Assembly: GCA_963834385.1 (NCBI GenBank) | Contig: CAWIBO010000002.1 | Span: 832,001 to 896,000 of the forward strand | Reading direction: 5' to 3' | Length of the DNA stretch: 64,000 nt | Origin: an uncultured Verrucomicrobiae bacterium | GTDB taxonomy: Bacteria; Verrucomicrobiota; Verrucomicrobiia; Chthoniobacterales; UBA10450 | In this document: positions 49,793 to 63,735 of the stretch, piece after piece | How positions within the stretch are numbered: the stretch's first letter is position 1 | How the letters are laid out: every line of letters starts with the position of its first letter | Position numbers and translations under genes: made by a program | Notes under the pieces: generated by a model | Seen by the model: only the letters and a program-made list of their open reading frames with translations | What the model was told of the DNA's origin: nothing | Databases searched by the model: none

Positions 49793-52246
49793 ATGTTGAA
49801 GGGGCTGGAGGTCAACCTGGTCGTGCCCGACCTCTGGCAACAGGAAGCCGTGCGCGCCCTCCAGGCCGGGCAGGATGTGGTGGTGCAGGCTCCCACCGGC
49901 GCGGGCAAAACCTACATCTTCGAGCTGCTTTACCCGTCACTGAAAGGGCAGGCGGTTTTCACTGTCCCGACCCGCGCCCTCGCCAACGATAAGCTGGCGG
50001 AATGGCGCGGGCGCGGCTGGGACGTCGGCATTGCCACGGGCGACCTGGCCCTGAACACCGGCGCCCGCGTGGTCGTGGCCACACTCGAGACCCAGCGGAC
50101 ACGCTTCCTGCGCCGGGAAGGACCGGCCCTGCTTGTGGTGGACGAATACCAGATGATCGCCGATCCGGTGCGCGGCGTGCATTATGAGCTGGCGCTCGCC
50201 CTGGCCCCGCCGAGGACCCAGCTTCTTCTCCTGAGCGGGAGTGTGGGGAACCCGCAGGACGTGGTCGCGTGGCTCCGCCGGCTCGGGCGCGAGGTCCATC
50301 TTGTCTCCCACTCCGAACGCCCGGTGCCGCTGGTGGAAGTCGATCTCGGTTCCCTGCCGGAATCCAACTTCGTGCAGGGCCGCCATTTCTGGGCGCGCAC
50401 CGTCGGCCGGGCTCTTCGGGCGGATCTCGCGCCCGTCCTCCTCTTTGCCCCGCGCCGCCGGGCCAGCGAGGAAATGGCGCAAGCGATCGGCACGGCTCTT
50501 TCCGTGCGCGATCCGCTTACTCTCTCGCCGGAACAGGAGCAGGTGGCCGGAAAAAAGCTGGCGCGTCTCCTGCGCAACCGCGTGGCCTATCATCACAGCG
50601 GCTTGAGTTACGCCGCGCGGGCCGGCCTGATCGAGCCGCTGGCCAAGGCCGGCCAGCTCGACGTCGTCGTGGCCACGATGGGTCTCGCCGCCGGGATCAA
50701 TTTTTCCATGCGCTCGGTCCTGATCACCGATACCCGTTATTTCGCCGGCGCCTTCCAGAAGCAGGTGCAGGCGGATGAACTCTTGCAGATGTTCGGAAGA
50801 GCCGGGCGCCGCGGACTCGACGACACCGGTCATGTGCTTTTTCTGCCGGACCTGCCGCGTCTGGGCGATGCGCGGCCGAGGAGCCTGAAACGCGCCAACC
50901 CGGTCGACTGGCCGAGCCTGCTCAGCGTCATGAACGAGGCGGCTGCGCGCGGCGAAGAGCCGTTCCGCGCCGCGGTCGACCTGAGCGCCTCGCTTTTCAG
51001 CCCGCAGCGGATCGCCCTTGGGGTGGAACATCCGCTCGCGACCGGGCCGCGCCCTTGCGGACTCATGGTTGAAGCCGAGCGCGCGCGCTTCATCCGGCGC
51101 GGCATGACGGAGATGCTCGGTTCGGCGAATGAATGGGAACCGGAAACGCCGGTGACCACGGCGCGTCTCGGGGAGGCGCTGGTGCAAGAGGAGGGAGAAT
51201 GGCGCCGCGCCCTGACTCTTCCCCGCCTGCTGGATGGGCGCGGCTTTGGAAATCTTTGCCGGCTCCGGGCCGAGGCCATCTATGGCCGCGAGATTCCGCT
51301 CGCGACGCGCACCGGCGACAATCTCTTTACGCCGGTGAAATGGTTGCGCCGGGCGTTGAAACCGCCGGGCGCGGACCCGCGCGGATCGGCCGCCGCCGCC
51401 GAGCCCACGGTCTTCTCACCGGACACCTTGGCGGAGCTGGTCACGCCGCGGTTACCTGAATGGACCGGCGGAGGGGAGCTCGCCGAACTGGTCACCCGCG
51501 GCGACACCATCTCCGCCCGCGTCGATTTCTCGGGGATCATGGTCGAGGCGCGCCTGGACCAGCATGGCCGGCCGCTCCTGGATCCGCCGGTGCGCGCGGC
51601 GCTGCCGATGGTTTGTCGCGCGTGCGACCAGCGCGACCATGATTTGCGCGTCCCGATCGAGGCCACACCGACTTACGCCTGGCGCACCCTTGGGCTGGTC
51701 GAGGCCGAGGGCACCCCCACGCGCCGCGGCGTCATCTTCTCCTTCTTCCAGGCGGGCGAAGGCCTCGCGGTCGCCGCCGCGCTGGAGGAGAAAACCTACC
51801 CGGTCGAAGACCTCGTCTTCGACCTCGCCAACATCCGGGCCGGCCCGCGCTTTGCCGGGGAGGACGCGCCGCTTGGCGGCCGGCTCGGCGCCCTTTGCCA
51901 GCGGGTTTATTCCCGGGCCGATCATCCCGGTTACCTCGAGATGGGCGTGCCCGTGCAATACGGCTCCGGCGCCGCGGAAGTGGTGCGCGAAATCGTGGCC
52001 AGTCCCGGCGGCCGCTATCGCATCAGCTCGGAAACACTTCGCTCCGGCGACATCGAGCGCGCCCTCATGGAATGGCGCAGCCTGCTGCGTCACATCGTGT
52101 CCGCGCCCGAGCACGACTGGGATCGCTGGCGCGAACTGAAAGAGGCGGCCGCGCGTTTCGTTGATCGGACGGTCTCGCCGGCCTCACTTGAATTGCCGCG
52201 CCTGCTGGCCGCGCAAAAGCAGCGCCGCGGAACTTTTGCCGCCTGA
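49793..52246 (+). CDS. Ski2-like DEAD/DEAH helicase
   Basis: APTGAGKT, PTRALANDK, DEYQ, YHHSGL, LAAGINF, QMFGRAGRRG. Confidence 0.88.
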   Translation: MLKGLEVNLVVPDLWQQEAVRALQAGQDVVVQAPTGAGKTYIFELLYPSLKGQAVFTVPTRALANDKLAEWRGRGWDVGIATGDLALNTGARVVVATLETQRTRFLRREGPALLVVDEYQMIADPVRGVHYELALALAPPRTQLLLLSGSVGNPQDVVAWLRRLGREVHLVSHSERPVPLVEVDLGSLPESNFVQGRHFWARTVGRALRADLAPVLLFAPRRRASEEMAQAIGTALSVRDPLTLSPEQEQVAGKKLARLLRNRVAYHHSGLSYAARAGLIEPLAKAGQLDVVVATMGLAAGINFSMRSVLITDTRYFAGAFQKQVQADELLQMFGRAGRRGLDDTGHVLFLPDLPRLGDARPRSLKRANPVDWPSLLSVMNEAAARGEEPFRAAVDLSASLFSPQRIALGVEHPLATGPRPCGLMVEAERARFIRRGMTEMLGSANEWEPETPVTTARLGEALVQEEGEWRRALTLPRLLDGRGFGNLCRLRAEAIYGREIPLATRTGDNLFTPVKWLRRALKPPGADPRGSAAAAEPTVFSPDTLAELVTPRLPEWTGGGELAELVTRGDTISARVDFSGIMVEARLDQHGRPLLDPPVRAALPMVCRACDQRDHDLRVPIEATPTYAWRTLGLVEAEGTPTRRGVIFSFFQAGEGLAVAAALEEKTYPVEDLVFDLANIRAGPRFAGEDAPLGGRLGALCQRVYSRADHPGYLEMGVPVQYGSGAAEVVREIVASPGGRYRISSETLRSGDIERALMEWRSLLRHIVSAPEHDWDRWRELKEAAARFVDRTVSPASLELPRLLAAQKQRRGTFAA

Positions 52247-52266
52247 CCGGCGCCGGAGACCAGTCG

Positions 52267-52674
52267 TCAAAAATTCCAGCCGCCGCCCCAAAGGCTGGCC
52301 GGCGCAAACTCGACGCTGTTCCCGGCCGGGTCGCGGAAGTAGATCGAACGGCTTCCCGGTTCCCACTCCACTTCCGCCTCGAGCGGCACGCCCGCCGCCG
52401 CCAGTTTTTCCTTCCATCGTCTGGATCTCGTCGCCAGCTGGCGCCGAAAGCGCACGTGCCCGGATCCCTTTGTTCCGTGCGAAGGCACGTCCCGCCCGGC
52501 CGCCGCGCTTTGCCGGGGATCAAAGAGAAGAAGAACCGATGGACCGCACCGGAAAGAAACCAGGAGCTCGCTGCGCGTGATGACTTCGAGCCCCAGCACT
52601 TCCTCGTAAAATCGGGCAGCCGCCTCCAGGTCCGCGGCATACAGGACCGTCTCGAAAATCCTTTCAGGTTTCAC
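52267..52674 (-). CDS. VOC/glyoxalase family protein
   Basis: ETVLYAADL..A.RFY..VLGL, SIYFRDPAGNSVEF. Confidence 0.85.
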   Translation of the reverse strand: MKPERIFETVLYAADLEAAARFYEEVLGLEVITRSELLVSFRCGPSVLLLFDPRQSAAAGRDVPSHGTKGSGHVRFRRQLATRSRRWKEKLAAAGVPLEAEVEWEPGSRSIYFRDPAGNSVEFAPASLWGGGWNF

Positions 52675-52686
52675 GGCGGCGAAAGT

Positions 52687-53424
52687 TTACAGCCGTCCGG
52701 CAATGGAGGCGACGCTGATCCTCTCATCGGACAAGCGCTGGTCCCAGACCGGTTCGTCCCCGGCGACGATCCGCCACGGGGCCTGGTGACGTCGGCGCAA
52801 TCTCTCCGCGATTTCGTGAAAGGAGAGCCCGGGATTCCCTTCCAGGTGGTGGACGCCGCCGGCGAACGGACCCGTGGCCAGCCGCCGCAGCGCTTCCGCG
52901 GTGTCCGCGAGAAAAGCGCATGAGGGGATCCAGGTGGTCGCGGCCACGATTCGCCCCTCCGTCTCGGCCGCGCGCCAGAGAAACTCAATCATATTGTTCG
53001 AGCCGCGCACGTCCCCGATTTGCCAGCCCAGTCGCGCCACGCGCGCATCCGGACACGCCGCCAGGATCCGTTCCTCGCAAGCCAGTTTGTATCGCCCATA
53101 ATCGTCTGTCGGCTCCGGTTTCCTCTCCACGCCAAACGGCCCCGCTTGTGCGGAGGAAAAGACGGCGACCGAACTTGCATACAGCAACCCGATGCCCTCG
53201 GCCGCGCAAATGCGCGCAATCGTCTCCGCCCATTCCACGCTGCCGGTCGCGAGATGAAAGACGACGTCGGCGCCGGTGAGAAAACGACGGCCCGCCGCGG
53301 GATCATCCACCGGCACCCGTTCGCGGTCCCAGGGAACAACCTCGTCACCCTGCGCGGCCAGCACCGCGGCCAGGACCGGCGCCACGGTCCCGTGCATCCC
53401 GGTGACAATCGTCTTCAAAGCCAT
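52687..53424 (-). CDS. RmlD-like sugar nucleotide-binding (SDR) protein
   Basis: VTGMHGTV, SSVAVF, YGRYKL (YxxxK), ARLGW. Confidence 0.78.
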   Translation of the reverse strand: MALKTIVTGMHGTVAPVLAAVLAAQGDEVVPWDRERVPVDDPAAGRRFLTGADVVFHLATGSVEWAETIARICAAEGIGLLYASSVAVFSSAQAGPFGVERKPEPTDDYGRYKLACEERILAACPDARVARLGWQIGDVRGSNNMIEFLWRAAETEGRIVAATTWIPSCAFLADTAEALRRLATGPFAGGVHHLEGNPGLSFHEIAERLRRRHQAPWRIVAGDEPVWDQRLSDERISVASIAGRL

Positions 53425-53882
53425 TTCGTGAGAAAAAGCCGGGTGCTGTCGCCAAATCCGGCGCTGCCGTAGAAGGCCTGCGCCGGCCCGTTCGTTTTCT
53501 CGACCTCCAGATGAAGCGCGCGCACCCCGCGTTCCCGGCAGATTTCCGCGGCTCGTTCCAACATCCATCGCCCGATCCCGCTCCGCCGCCGCCGATGCTC
53601 GACGTAAATCTCATCGAGCAGCGCATCAACGCCCTGGTATTCGAGGCTGAAACCGAAAGTGAGAATGAAATAGCCGGCGAGACCTTCATTCCCCTCGACC
53701 ACCCACGCTTCCCCGCGCTCCGGTTCGCGCAGGAGCCGCTCCAGCGCCTTCGCGGAAGCGTCGCGGTCGAGCGGCTTGGCGCCATCCTCCTGGTAAAGCC
53801 GCGCGCTCAATTCAAGGATCGCGGGAAGATCCTCGGCCCCGGCGCCACGCAGGTGCAGACCTTCGCGCCGCGCAGGAGTCAT
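53415..53882 (-). CDS. GNAT N-acetyltransferase
   Basis: LDEIYV...RRSGIG, LHLEV...N..A.AFY...GF. Confidence 0.88.
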   Translation of the reverse strand: MTPARREGLHLRGAGAEDLPAILELSARLYQEDGAKPLDRDASAKALERLLREPERGEAWVVEGNEGLAGYFILTFGFSLEYQGVDALLDEIYVEHRRRRSGIGRWMLERAAEICRERGVRALHLEVEKTNGPAQAFYGSAGFGDSTRLFLTKWL

Positions 53883-55214
53883 TCCAATTTCGCGACCGGG
53901 TCGGCCGTGAGCCCGTTCTTGTAGATCGCGCCGCCTTTCATGACGAACCCGACCTCCTCGAGCAGCGCAATCTTCGTGAGCGGATCGCCTTTCACCGCGA
54001 CCAGGTCCGCAAAATGGCCGGGGGCGATGACGCCCACCGTTCCCGTGCGATCGAGCAGCTCGGCGGCGCGGCTGGTGGCCGCCTGGATCGCCTGCATCGG
54101 CGTGAGCCCCCATTCCACCATCTTGACGAATTGTTTTCCGTTTCCGCCATGCGGATAAACGCCGGCGTCGGTGCCGTAGGCGATCTTGATCCCGGCCTTC
54201 GCCGCTTTTCGAAAATTCTCGCGCTGCAACCGGCCCACTTTTCTCTCTTTCTCGATGATCTTGTCCGGGTAACCCAGGCGCGAAAATTCCGCGAGGATGT
54301 AGTCGTCGTTGTAAATGTCGGCCACCAGCCAGGTGCCGCGCTCCTTCATCAGGCGAATCCCTTCGTCATCGATCAGGCTGCCATGCTCGATCGAGGCCAC
54401 CCCGGCTTTCACCGCCATCTTGATCGCTTCCGCGCCATGCGCGTGCGCCGCGACCTTGTGCCCGGAGAGGGCCGCTTCCTCCACCGCCGCTTTCATTTCC
54501 TCGATGGAATACTGCGGCGCGCCGACCGATTCCTCCTCCGAGAGAACGCCGGCGCTGGCGATCAGCTTGATCCAGTCGGCCCCATATTTGACGTTGCGCC
54601 GGACCAGCTTGCGCACTTCGTCCGGGCCATCGGCGATCGACGGCGCCAGTTCTTCCAGGCGCAGGTAGGGCGAAAATCCGTTCAGGTCGGCGTGGCCGCC
54701 GGTGGAACCGATGGCCGGTCCGGAACACAGAACGCGCGGCCCGGGAATTTTTCCCGAATCAATCGCGCGGCGCAGCGCGATATCGACAAACTCGCTCGCG
54801 CCGACATCGCGGATGGTGGTGAAGCCGGCCTCGAGCGTGCGCCGGGCGTAAACATGCGCCGTGACCGCGACATCGATGGGCGAGCGGCGAAAAAGATCCT
54901 CGTAGTAATTTCCCGGCTGGCTGGTCACATGCGTGTGGCAGTCGATCAAACCGGGCAGGACAGTGGCGTCGCCAAGGTCGATCGTGTGACGCACCCTGCG
55001 GCAGTTCCTTTGCCAGGGCGGCCGGGTCGCCCACGGCCTTGATCCGGTCGCCCTCGATCAGGATGCCCTGGTTCTCGCGCACCACGCCCGCGGCGGTGTC
55101 GACCAACCGGCCGGCCTTGACCAGCAATGAAACCGCCGGCGCCGGGGAGGGCTCGGCCGCCATGGCCGTTCGGGAAACAAGAAGAAGCGAAACCAGGGCC
55201 AGGCGAAAAATCAT
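53879..55214 (-). CDS. Exported metal-dependent amidohydrolase (Xaa-Pro dipeptidase-like); frameshift near 54985
   Basis: Signal peptide; LPGLIDCHTH, GFTTIRDVG, AAHAHG, SIEHG, GTDAG. Confidence 0.88.
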
Positions 55215-55248
55215 GGAAAAGAAATAGCAGGGTTCACGGAAACCGCGA

Positions 55249-57277
<2,029 letters not shown>

Positions 57278-57370
57278 GGGCAAAGGGGCGAACATGGAAC
57301 CTTAAACCCTGGCCCTTGAACAGGCCAGAATCGCCGGGCCCGGCCGTCCTCCACCCTTTTCTCAGGAAAA

Positions 57371-60300
57371 TCAGGGCTGCGGGGAAAGCCGGTAGACCTC
57401 CACCAGGCCCACCCCTTCCGAGGCGCCCGCGCCGCGAATGATGGCGGTGTAGGCTCCGGGAGCAGGCACGAAGAGGATCGCTGATTCCTTGTTGTCCGTC
57501 GGTGCGAATCCCACCGAGGTGATGTGAGCCGCCTGTGACGAGTTCATCCAGTCATCGTTAAAGGCCATCACGACGCCGTTCTGGTCATACAGGGTGAGAT
57601 TGGGATCGGCCAGGGGATTGGTCACCCCGGAGTTGGCCAGCGACGGCCCGATGGCCCGCACCACCACGTACTCGGATCGTTGCCACGAACGATCAGACCG
57701 CCGATGAGCACATTGTCGCCGGTGGAGACGTAGCCGCGTGACGAAAGGTTGAGAAGATGGTCGAAGCTCTCGATCTCGAGATCATAGATTTCGATCAGGC
57801 CGATCCCGGTCATTCCCTGTTTCCCGCTCAGGACGGCGGTGTAGGAGGAATCGGTGGGCAACTCGAGAAGAATGGCCGCTTCCATGGGGTTCGTCGGCGC
57901 CAGGCCGGTCGCCTGGATCCCGGCCTCCTGGGAGTCCTGCCAGTTGTCGTTGGAGGCAATCTCCATCCCGCTGGAGTCGAAGATCTGCAGGAACGGGTCA
58001 TCCAGCGCGCCGGTCACCGGCAGCGAACCGCCCAGTCCGCGAATAAGAACGCTCTTGGTTCCCGGCAACGTCCGGGTCCGGCTCATGGTAGACTCGTCGC
58101 GAATGATCAGGCCGCCGATGGCCACGTTGTCCCCCGTGCCGACAAAAGCGCGCGTGGAGATGTTTGCCAGTTGGCGCCGGATCGGGACGATCGGCGCGCG
58201 GCATTTCCCGCCGGACCCCGCGAAATAAAGAGCCACAATTTCCGATTCGGTCAGGACCCGGGTAAAGAATTCCACTTCATCAACCAGGCCTTGGAAGGGA
58301 AACTCGAGATCGCCCGCCGCTCCGATCTTTGCCGTCGGGCCCGTGGTCGCAGGCGTGCCTCCCGCGTCCGCCACGAGCGAAACAGGACGGCTGACGCCAT
58401 CCACATAAAGCTGGATCCGCTGGCCGGCGGACGCACTGCCGTCGTAGGTCATGGCGACGTGCTGGAAGATTCCGGGCTGAATCGTCCCGTCCGCGGTCTT
58501 GTAAACCGTCACGGGCCCGTTTTCATTTTTGACCGAGCCCCACAGGGCCCCGTTCTGGTCCACCGCCAGTTCATAGCTCCCGTCAGTATTTCCCTCCCAG
58601 TCTGACACCACCGCCGCGTAGAAAGCAGGCAGGATGGGATTGATCCAGGCGTCGATCGTGAAGGTGGCCGGCAGATTGATGTCGCCCAGGTCCACATAAT
58701 CGTCGTTCCCGTCAAAACGGAAGGCGCCGCCGACATGCCCCACGGCAAAACTCGCGCCGCTCTCGAGGGTTCCATCGTTTGGCCCCTGGATGTCATCCGC
58801 GTTTCCATCGCCCGGCCACCAGCTCAGCATGTCCGGCGGCGGCGGGGTGCAGGGGCGGCATTTGCCGGCGCTGCCGGCCTTATAAATGGCGGCAATCTCG
58901 GTCGCGCTCAGGCCGCGGTTGAAGATCTCCACCTCGTCGATCAGGCCGACAAAATTCGCGTTATCGCCACGGCCGCCAATCGCCACTTCGGAGTTGGTCC
59001 CCTCAAGAGGGCCGTCCGCCGCTGCCGTGGCCACCACCTGGCCGTTGATATAGGCGGTCACGCTCGCGCCGTCATAGGTCATGGCCACGTGCGACCAGGT
59101 ATTCAACGCCACCGGCGTGGCGCTGCCCACGAAGGTCTCTACGCTGTCCGTTTTTACTCCTACGAGCAGATTCCCGCCATTAAGCAGCATGACGTAATCG
59201 TTGAAACTCGATGCTGTTTTGCCGGCAATGATGCCGGTCTGTCCATCGAGCGTCGGAAAAATCCAGGCATCCACCGACACGGCGTTCCCGGTGAAGCGCA
59301 AATCGGGATCATTCCCGATGCTGACGTAGCCGCTCCCGTCGAAAGAAAAAGCGCGGTTGACCAGACCCTCCGGGAACGTGATCGAGCCGACGAGGAACCC
59401 GTGGTTATCTCCCTGGATGTCGGCCAGGGTCCCTTCCCCCGGCCACCACGCCACCATGTCGGCCGGCGGTTCGGTGCACTCGCATTTCCCCTCGGTGCCG
59501 GCCTGGAAAAGCGCGGCGATCTCCGCCGCGCTCAACTCCCGTCCGATGATTTCCACTTCATCCAGGGCGCCATCGAGGTAACCGCCGTTCTGGCCGGCCG
59601 TGATCAGCGCACCCAGATAAACCGGGGTGGCGCTTTCCTGAAGATCGCCGGTGGCGTTTCCTGTTTCGACCTCCACTCCATCGAGATAGAGGCGCATGAC
59701 GCTGCTTCCGTCATAGGTCGCGGCGACATGATGCCAGGCTCCATCCGCCACCGAGGTGGTGGCACTGATCTCCACGCCCAGGGGTTCATTCGCCGTGAAG
59801 ACTGTCCAGCGAAGCACCCCGCCGGGGTCCAGAAACAGGCTGTAGGAATCATTATCCGGGTTCCCATCAAGGTTCGCTTTGCTCACCAGGCCCCTCGAAG
59901 AAGAGACCGTGCCCACGACCCGCACCCAGGCGTCCACCGTGATGGCTTTAGGATTCAGGGAGGCGCTGTTGCTGACAAAGACAAAATCGCCGTCGCCATC
60001 GAAGCTGAAAAAGTTGCCGACCCAGCCGGGGAGAAAGTCGGTCGCGCCCATGAGCGAACCGTGATTGCCGCCAACGCTGTCATCGGCATTAAATTCTCCG
60101 CGCCACCAGGCAATGGTATCTTTCGGCACCGGCGCGCAGCCCGCGGAAACGTGAAACTCGCCGCCGAGAAAGTTCATGTTGTCCGTTTCGACCGGGTCCA
60201 CACTCTGGGAGAAATTTCCCTGCCGATCGGTACTGATAGAGCACCCCTTTCGTGATCTGTGAAGTAAGCCAGAGCGTGCCATCCGAGGGATCCAGCGCCA

Positions 60301-60883
60301 GAGCCCCGGTATCCAGGAGACCGGTGGAGAAACTGCCAAGGAGCGCGCCCTGGAGAGTGTGATGACGCACCTCTCCGCTATCAAAATTCAGAATCCAAAG
60401 AGTGCGGTCCGAAGCATCATAGGTAATGCCCAAATCGCCGGCCGCCCCCGTAAATAAAAGCTGAGCCCCGCTCCAGTCGGTCTCGAAGCGGTAGACGTTG
60501 CCGGTGTCATAATCGACCGAGTAATTATGCCGCCCATCGGTCGCGCCATCGAAAAAGCGGGCGTCCGTCACGCTGTGAGAAAAGTTTGCCATTAGGGGCG
60601 AACCGTCCAGTCGGTATCCTCCGCCCGGCAGCCCGCTCCGGATCCCGGTGGTTCGAATCGTCCCGCCTGAAACAGCCAGCGGATACTCCTCGGAATACTG
60701 CTGGGTCCAGGAATGGACGACCGCTCCGTGCGCGACGGCGAAATTCAAGTCCTGGTCCCCGGCGGTCAGGTAATAGGTGCTCGTTTGCGCTTGCGATAAC
60801 GCGCTACTCGCCAGGAACAGCGGGATCATTAGCATCCGGACGCGCGCACGCGCCGGGGTTCTCCACACGACAGGCATTTTCAT
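57371..60883 (-). CDS. Large exported protein: propeller-like N-terminus, three LamG/concanavalin A-like domains, two C-terminal N(I/L)S(T/S)R domains; frameshifts ~60229 and ~57670
   Basis: Signal peptide; three WW.G..F.FDG..(W/F).HVA.TYDG..LY.DG/YING..G..DEVE units; LANISTRAFVGTGDN and LLNLSSRGYVSTGDN. Confidence 0.82.
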
Positions 60884-61068
60884 AGGAAACCTCCGGATTC
60901 AGAGATCAAGCATTGCGAACCGGCGCGCCCGGCGCCGGCGACTCCCCCAAGACGGTTGGGGTGCGATGTCAACATAGTGACGCCGGGGATTCTGGGAAAC
61001 CGCCGACCGGCCCGTCAATTGTTTTATACGCCATTTCGCGAGATGGGGGCCCGTGGTATCGGTCCCGC

Positions 61069-62100
61069 ATGCAAACTCCTGCCGCGCTCGGTTACCGGAT
61101 GCCGGCGGAATGGGAACCGCACGCCGCCACCTGGCTTTCCTGGCCGCGCCGCGAAGGGATCAGTTTTCCCGACGCCTACGACCGGGTCATGCCGACTTTC
61201 CGCGCCATGGTCGAGGCACTCGTGGAATCGGAGCCGGTCTGCCTCAACGTCACCAACGGCGCGCACGAGGCCGAGGCGCGCGCCGTGCTCGAGGGCATCG
61301 CGCCGGAATGCCTCACCTTTTACACCGTGCCGACAAACGAGCCCTGGTGCCGCGATCACGGCCCGATCTTTCTCACGCGCGCGGAGGAACCGCGGCTGGC
61401 GGCGGTCGACTGGGGCTACAACGCCTGGGGCGGCAAGTATCCGCCCTTTGATCTTGATGACGTCGTGCCGACCCGCATCGCCGAGGCGTTGCACCTGCCG
61501 GTTTACCGCAATCCGATGGTGCTCGAGGGCGGTTCCATCGAGGTCAACGGCGCCGGCGCCCTTCTCACCACCGAATCCTGCCTCTTGAACCCAAACCGCA
61601 ATCCGGGCCTGAGCCGTAAGGAAATCGAGCAGCAAATGCGTGATTACCTTGGTGTGCGCGACATCTTCTGGCTCGCGGCCGGGACCGAAGGGGACGACAC
61701 CGACGGTCACATCGATAACCTGGCGCGGTTCATTGATGAACGGACGGTGGTGGCGCTGGTGGAACACGACCAGGCCAGTCCGAATTACACGCCCCTCCAG
61801 GAAAACCTCCGGCGCTTGCAGGAGATCCGGATCGACGGGCAACCGCTCACGATTCACCCGCTCCAGGCGCCGCCCCGGATGGAGCGCGAAGACCTGACCC
61901 TGCCGGCGAGCTACGCCAATTTTTACATTGCCAACACCGTGGTCCTCCTCCCGATCTACCGGCACCGGAACGACCAGGAAGCCATCGCCCTTCTTACCAA
62001 ACTATTCCCCACCCGCCGCATCGTCCCGATCGACGCCGTCGAACTGATCTGGGGCCTCGGCGCCTTCCATTGCCTGACCCAGCAACAGCCGGCGGTCTGA
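61069..62100 (+). CDS. aguA: Agmatine deiminase / peptidyl-arginine deiminase family
   Basis: RMPAEWEPH, WCRDHGP, EGGSIE.NG.G, DTDGHID, ASYANF, GAFHCLTQQQP. Confidence 0.9.
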   Translation: MQTPAALGYRMPAEWEPHAATWLSWPRREGISFPDAYDRVMPTFRAMVEALVESEPVCLNVTNGAHEAEARAVLEGIAPECLTFYTVPTNEPWCRDHGPIFLTRAEEPRLAAVDWGYNAWGGKYPPFDLDDVVPTRIAEALHLPVYRNPMVLEGGSIEVNGAGALLTTESCLLNPNRNPGLSRKEIEQQMRDYLGVRDIFWLAAGTEGDDTDGHIDNLARFIDERTVVALVEHDQASPNYTPLQENLRRLQEIRIDGQPLTIHPLQAPPRMEREDLTLPASYANFYIANTVVLLPIYRHRNDQEAIALLTKLFPTRRIVPIDAVELIWGLGAFHCLTQQQPAV

Positions 62101-62252
62101 TCCCGATGGGGGTATGGTCGACGTCGCTCCGGGGGTCGCTGGAACGCGAAGCCTTGCTTTAGCGGTGAAAGAACCATCCAGTGCCGCCTGGCAACCCCAA
62201 ACCGGGATAATAACCTTGACCCCATCGCCAAAATAAAAAAATCTCGGCTTTT

Positions 62253-63061
62253 ATGAACTTATCCGCGCTCCGCGCCTCCCTTTCACCTTATCGCTCTTGG
62301 TGTCTTACCCTTGGCTTGGGGGCCGCGGCGATTGCCGCCACCAGCTTTGCCGGCAGCAATGTGGCCATGGATAGCAAAACCATGGTCGAACCCATGGCCC
62401 CGCCCGCTCCGCTTTGCGATTGGAGCGGCTTTTACGCCGGTATTCACGGCGGCTGGAGCCATTACGAGTATCGGCCCGACCTGAAGGGGGACTTTGCTGA
62501 CTTCAGTTTGTCGCTGCCAGATTCCACTCTCGAAGATGACACCTTCGCGCTCGGCGCCCAGCTCGGTTACAACTGGCAGGTTCGGTCCTTTGTCTTCGGC
62601 ATGGAGGCGGACGGCTCCTGGATCAACGCCGACACTTACAATCGCCGCCTCGATATTGGCGAAAACAACAATTTCTATCACGAGAGCGGCGAGATGGATT
62701 GGTTCGGGACCGTGCGCGGACGCGCCGGGTTCGCCGTCCAAAACCTCCTCATCTACGTCACGGGCGGCGCGGCTTTTGCCGATGGCCAGCGTTCGACCCG
62801 CTACGAAGAAGAGCTCGAGCTGGGCGTGGCGGAGGAGCTCAACACTTGGGACGCGGAAGATTTCCGCTTCGGCTGGACCGTCGGTGGCGGCGCGGAGGGT
62901 ACGCCATTGGGTGCAATTGGAGCCTCCGGCTCGAATCGCTCTACGCGAACTTCGGCGATGGGGATGCCGCTCAGGTCCCGGCCGGTCCTTCGCGGCTGGA
63001 AGCGGAAGACGATCTCTGGATGGTCCGCCTCGGCGTTAACTACCGGTTCGGCGGCCGCTAA
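62253..63061 (+). CDS. Outer membrane beta-barrel protein (Omp25/RopB-like); frameshift near 62898
   Basis: DWSGFYAG, QLGYNWQ, FGTVRGRAG, YVTGGAA, GWTVGGGAE / YAIGCNWSLRLESLY...VRLGVNYRF. Confidence 0.85.
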
Positions 63062-63090
63062 AAAACGCCGCTCACGTTCTGCAACGAGTG

Positions 63091-63121
63091 AACAGCCGGG
63101 CGCAAGCCCGGCTGTTTTTTT
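63091..63121 (+). terminator. Rho-independent terminator
   Basis: AACAGCCGGGC-GCAA-GCCCGGCTGTT hairpin running into a T7 tract. Confidence 0.88.
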
Positions 63122-63152
63122 GCCCGCGTTTAAACGAGACTGTTCGTCCGCC

Positions 63153-63735
63153 ATGGAATCCTTTGCTTCGACCGCCTCGGCGCCGGCCTGGCGCTGGGCC
63201 CTCATCCTCTGCGTGCCGGTGGTCAGCCTGCTCGTCGCCACGCGCCAGATCTATCTGAGCAACTGGCACGATCTTTCCACCTGGAAAGGGGGCGGCATGG
63301 GGATGTTCGCCGGAGCTGACAACACCTCTACCCGTTACACGAAAATCTATGTGGTCGACCCCGTGGGTAATCGGCATCCCCTGACCCGCTTCGCGCCTTC
63401 GCACACGCAATTCCTCGGCCGCGCCCTCAATTATCCCACCCGCGCCAGACTTTCTCCTCGCCGTCCGCGACATCGCCGCGATGGATTGGGTGGCCGGAAG
63501 CAAACGGATGCCGGTGGCCCGGATCGATGCCCGCGGCGAAAACGCCGGGCGCGCCGGCGAATCGTATCACATGATGATCCCGTTTGGCCGGCGACCGCCG
63601 GCGGAGCCGTGGAAATGGGAGGTGGTGGTTGAGTACTGGAGAATTTCCTACGACCCCGCCACGCGCATCGCCCGCTCCGCGCTTGCCGAGACCTTTCGTT
63701 TTTCCCCCGCCGAGATTTCCGGGGAAGCGCCATGA
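63153..63735 (+). CDS. Hypothetical membrane-anchored protein; +1 frameshift near 63447
   Basis: TM WRWALILCVPVVSLLVA, LSTWKGGGMGMFAGAD, joins ...DFLLAVRDIAAMDWV...EVVVEYWRISYDP. Confidence 0.65.
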
